A stretch of DNA of 61,985 nt from Clostridia bacterium (lineage in GTDB: Bacteria; Bacillota; Clostridia; Oscillospirales; CAG-272), in the NCBI GenBank assembly GCA_017451045.1, contig JAFSSK010000119.1, forward strand, positions 1 to 61,985, given 5' to 3'. Of the stretch, positions 59,335 through 61,985 are shown piece after piece. Numbering within the stretch: position 1 is the first letter of the stretch; each line of letters opens with the position of its first letter. The notes below the pieces were generated by a model. The model did no database searches, was not told the origin of the DNA, and saw nothing but the letters and a program-made list of their open reading frames with translations. The position numbers and the translations under genes were made by a program.

Positions 59335-60459
59335 TCAGTCTATAACGTATTTGCAGCGCAGCACCCTGCAGGTGTGTTCGGGGATGCGGGTGTAGAAGTC
59401 ATCCTTGAAGACGCCCAGATGCTCGCCGGTGATAACGTCGGTGATGTCGATGGAAACGCCTGAATTGGTAGGCAGACCCATATCCGGGAAGATGATGTGG
59501 CTGCTCCTGGTCCCGTCGATCAGGTTGGCGGTGAAGATCACGAACTCGTTGTTCTCGAGCTGACGCATGAACGTCGGGTGGTTATAGTCTCCGCATGTCA
59601 GATACAGCGGACGGCATTCCGGATCCTGGTTGATCCGGATCAGTTCCTTGTGCTGCAGCAGTTTCCTGCAGGCCTCGTCCATCGAACGGACGTCTCCGCC
59701 GATCATCAAAGGCGCGCCGGAAGCGCACCAGTATGCGAACTGCGTCACGTACTCATCATACGTCTGGACCTCGCCCGATCCTACGTTTCCTTTTCCGTAC
59801 ATGCCTACGGTGAGCATATCCGTGTCGTTGAAGCATCCTGCAGAGTTCGCGTTGTAATGCGGCAGCTGTTGCTTGATGATGTCGGACATCGAAGCGAAAT
59901 TGTCAAAGATGTCTCCGGTGGAACGGAACATATGGGCGCCTACGGAGCGCATCCAGTTCCAGCTCTCGTTGCAGCCCCAGTTACAGGCGGAGAAGAGAAT
60001 GTCCCGGCCGCTTGCGCGCAGCGCCATGGACATCGTCAGGTAAGCATTTTTCCCGTTAGCTGAATCGGGGAAGTTGCAGTAGTCGTATTTAAGGAAGTCG
60101 ACCTGCCATTCGGCAAAGGTGCGGGCATCCTGGTATTCGTGTCCCCAGGATCCGGGGAAGTTCGCACAGGTCCTCACGCCTGCGCAGGAGTAGATGCCCA
60201 GCAAAAGGCCTTTGCTGTGAACATAATCGGCCAGATACCTGATGCCGTGCGGGAATTTTTCAGGATTGGCGACCAGTTCGCCCTTTCCGTTGCGGGAAGG
60301 GAGCGACCAGCAGTCATCCAGGACCACATATTTGTATCCTGCGTCTTTATACCCCAGATCTACCATGGCATCTGCGGTTTCCATGATCAGCTTTTCATCC
60401 AGTTTCTCGGCAAAAGTGTTCCAGGTGTTCCAGCCCATAGGCGGTGATTGTACAATCAT
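59335..60459 (-). CDS. Alpha-galactosidase (GH27)
   Basis: 374 aa with PPMGWNTWNTF, YVVLDDCW and LKYDYCN, hallmark GH27 motifs. Confidence 0.9.
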   Translation of the reverse strand: MIVQSPPMGWNTWNTFAEKLDEKLIMETADAMVDLGYKDAGYKYVVLDDCWSLPSRNGKGELVANPEKFPHGIRYLADYVHSKGLLLGIYSCAGVRTCANFPGSWGHEYQDARTFAEWQVDFLKYDYCNFPDSANGKNAYLTMSMALRASGRDILFSACNWGCNESWNWMRSVGAHMFRSTGDIFDNFASMSDIIKQQLPHYNANSAGCFNDTDMLTVGMYGKGNVGSGEVQTYDEYVTQFAYWCASGAPLMIGGDVRSMDEACRKLLQHKELIRINQDPECRPLYLTCGDYNHPTFMRQLENNEFVIFTANLIDGTRSSHIIFPDMGLPTNSGVSIDITDVITGEHLGVFKDDFYTRIPEHTCRVLRCKYVID

Positions 60460-60707
60460 GATTTGACCTCCGTGTGGTTTTGATTATCGTCTTCGACCCA
60501 AGGGGAAAACAGCGTACATCCCTGCTTGCGGAAGCGGATGATCATTTCCCGCAGGTTCTCCTCGCTGATCCGAAAATGTTCGGACAGACACCGGAAGCAG
60601 TAAAACTCCTTTGTGCCCCGGTTTATCAGCTTTTTCGTCAGCCCGATTTCGTCCGCGGAGACGGGATCCCCGCACGCGACGCAACGGGATGCGGAATCAT
60701 TCCCCAT
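60456..60707 (-). CDS. Small 4-Cys zinc-ribbon protein, unknown function
   Basis: 83 aa from MGNDSASRCVACGD...FYCFRCLSEH (two CxxC pairs). AAGGAG RBS 10 nt upstream. The stop overlaps the alpha-galactosidase start (ATGA). The longer track ORF upstream lacks an RBS. Confidence 0.6.
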   Translation of the reverse strand: MGNDSASRCVACGDPVSADEIGLTKKLINRGTKEFYCFRCLSEHFRISEENLREMIIRFRKQGCTLFSPWVEDDNQNHTEVKS

Positions 60708-60844
60708 GTTTCTGCCGCTCCTTGTGATCGTTGATTCCATTATACACGAATCATTAAATAAAAAGCAACATTTAAACGAAAAAAGACTGCGGGAGAATAC
60801 AGGAGGGGCACGGCCGGGACGCAGAAAGAGGCTTCTGGCCGAGG

Positions 60845-60873
60845 TTGACATTGCTTTGGCGCAATGATACAAT
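60845..60873 (+). promoter_or_regulatory. Sigma-A promoter
   Basis: TTGACA (60845-60850), 17-nt spacer, TACAAT (60868-60873). The AAGGAGGTG RBS follows at 60890-60898. Confidence 0.7.
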
Positions 60874-60904
60874 GAATGCAGCGCAGAATAAGGAGGTGAG
60901 GATA

Positions 60905-61627
60905 TTGCAGGGACCTGAAACATCAAGACCCGGGAAATGGCAGCCAACTGTCAGGACCGGGCATTTCAGACGCAGGGTGATCATCGGGTTGCTTGTGCTC
61001 CTGTTCCTGTTCGTGATCCTCCTTGACGGCGGTTTTTCGTGGCTGTTCGGCGCAATGGGGATCGGTCTTGACCGCAGCGCCCGGGAAGAGGTCATCGCGA
61101 CGCACGACACGCAGTCTGAACTGGCAGGGGAACTAAGTTCGTATCTCAACATGCTGTATGCGCCGGACGGTGTCTCGTTCAAAGGGTTCAAGAACACCAT
61201 TCAGATGCTCCGCAACCACCGGGAGGCGCTTCTTGTTTACCTGGTACAGTCCGATTACGGATACTATTCGGGCAACAGTGATCTGATCGCGGAAGCGGAA
61301 AAGGACGTTAAAGGACTGACGCCCGTTTCCTGTGTACCGGCCAAAGATCTGGCCAATCTTGTCTATGAGCGGTTCGGCGGGAACTACGCCGTGACGCACC
61401 GGTCGACCGACCGGTTTTCCTACCTGTCTAAAAGCAGGATGTATGTGACGTCCTATCAGACGCAGATGCAGACATATGACATAACTGTCCAGTCGCTCAC
61501 GGAAACAGCGAACTACTATATCCTTGTTGCGACAGCCCGAAACGGCAGCGCAAGCTGTTCGTACCGGTTGACGTTTGCCAAAAGGGAGGAAGGACCGCCC
61601 TATTTGCTAACTTTGCGGAGCAACTGA
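60905..61627 (+). CDS. Hypothetical N-terminally anchored membrane protein
   Basis: 240 aa if translation starts at the TTG at 60905 (8 nt after AAGGAGG). The track start at 60845 coincides with the -35 box. One TM (VIIGLLVLLFLFVILL). No recognisable family. Confidence 0.6.
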   Translation: MQGPETSRPGKWQPTVRTGHFRRRVIIGLLVLLFLFVILLDGGFSWLFGAMGIGLDRSAREEVIATHDTQSELAGELSSYLNMLYAPDGVSFKGFKNTIQMLRNHREALLVYLVQSDYGYYSGNSDLIAEAEKDVKGLTPVSCVPAKDLANLVYERFGGNYAVTHRSTDRFSYLSKSRMYVTSYQTQMQTYDITVQSLTETANYYILVATARNGSASCSYRLTFAKREEGPPYLLTLRSN

Positions 61628-61710
61628 ATAGTTAGAAATGCAGGAAGCAGATTTAGGTAAAAGTTGCCGACGGCATTTATAAAAAGTATACAAATTAAAC
61701 AAAAAACAAT

Positions 61711-61739
61711 TTGCAAAAAGAATATATTTGTGCTATAAT
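61711..61739 (+). promoter_or_regulatory. Strong sigma-A promoter (extended -10)
   Basis: TTGCAA (61711-61716), 17-nt spacer, TGcTATAAT (-10 at 61734-61739). Confidence 0.75.
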
Positions 61740-61744
61740 AAACT

Positions 61745-61985
61745 TAGGGTACTACAGCCGCGAAACAAGTCAACTACCCGCCGCTTAGGCTCTGAAGAGC
61801 CTTGAAGCGGGGACTTGCGGGAAATACAGTCCAACTGTGTTTTCTGTAAGCCGAAGCTGACTACCCTCAGTCTGCGGAAGCAGGCTACGTTATCCCGGTC
61901 ATCACACCTGCGGACGTTCGTCCTAATCCGCAGCTCTGTGGTCCTGCATTAAACAGTCCTGACGGGAAAGGGACAGTGTGCAGGA
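61745..61985 (+). ncRNA. Unassigned structured RNA or long 5' leader, truncated by the window end (possibly an rplJ/L10-type leader)
   Basis: No ORF in this stretch. Nested GC-rich helices: GGGTA..CAGC (61747-61758) with GCTG..TACCC (61856-61866); hairpin CCGCTT-AGGCTC-TGAA-GAGCCT-TG-AAGCGG (61781-61810); CTGC-GGAA-GCAG (61872-61883); CTGCGGA (61908-61914) with TCCGCAG (61927-61933); TCCTGCA (61942-61948) with TGCAGGA (61979-61985). The duplicated ACTACCC and CTGCGGA segments allow alternative pairings. Confidence 0.5.

Noticed and set aside
61745-61985. Identification of the terminal structured RNA as RNase P RNA, tmRNA, SRP RNA, 6S RNA or a common riboswitch
   Set aside because: The universal signatures I can recall are missing: GGAAAGUCC for RNase P, the GGGG...UUCGAC 5' end of tmRNA, the GGAAGCAGCC SRP motif in its proper context, the B12 box, and the T-box sequence at the 3' end. 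I leave it unassigned rather than naming it.

Overview
This window is core chromosome from a GC-rich, Clostridia-type Firmicute (Bacillota), covering the replication-origin neighbourhood. It divides into three strand blocks.

**Block 1 (340-22602, all + strand):** sugar and central-metabolism genes, then the origin genes.
- An unknown 738-aa TIM-barrel-like protein, an HPr-like protein, split transketolase, ruvX, fumC, malic enzyme and an MscS channel.
- dnaA-dnaN-recF-remB-gyrB-[mreC-mreD]-gyrA.

**Block 2 (22669-40100, all - strand except one gene):**
- ftsH, hpt, tilS, dnaB, rplI, gdpP and yybS.
- jag, yidC, yidD, rnpA and rpmH.
- tmk, mnmE and hisS.

**Block 3 (40389-59270, all + strand):**
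- An ABC importer, purA and purB.
- Two metallophosphoesterase paralogs plus a CE4 deacetylase.
- zapA, a U32 peptidase, dut, maf, mreB and PBP2.
- rpmG-secE-nusG-rplK-rplA.

The window ends with a small accessory patch (GH27 alpha-galactosidase, a Zn-ribbon protein, a membrane protein). After it comes a consensus promoter driving a highly structured RNA that the window edge cuts off.

I recognised no rRNA, tRNA, CRISPR array, transposase, integrase or obvious defence or toxin system. I did not find a clear novel multi-gene system.

The most unusual features are architectural:
- The rpmH cluster is displaced from dnaA and encoded opposite to it.
- mreCD splits gyrB from gyrA.
- An orphan nuclease-like gene lies antisense inside the mnmE-tmk-rpmH run.
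- Accessory genes sit where rplA would normally be followed by rplJ.

Three further items stand out: a 200-aa SecE with an acidic Thr/Glu/Gly-rich extension, a catalytic-motif-degenerate phosphoesterase paralog, and the unassigned structured RNA at 61745-61985.

All family assignments come from motif recognition by eye and memory. Nothing was searched or computed.
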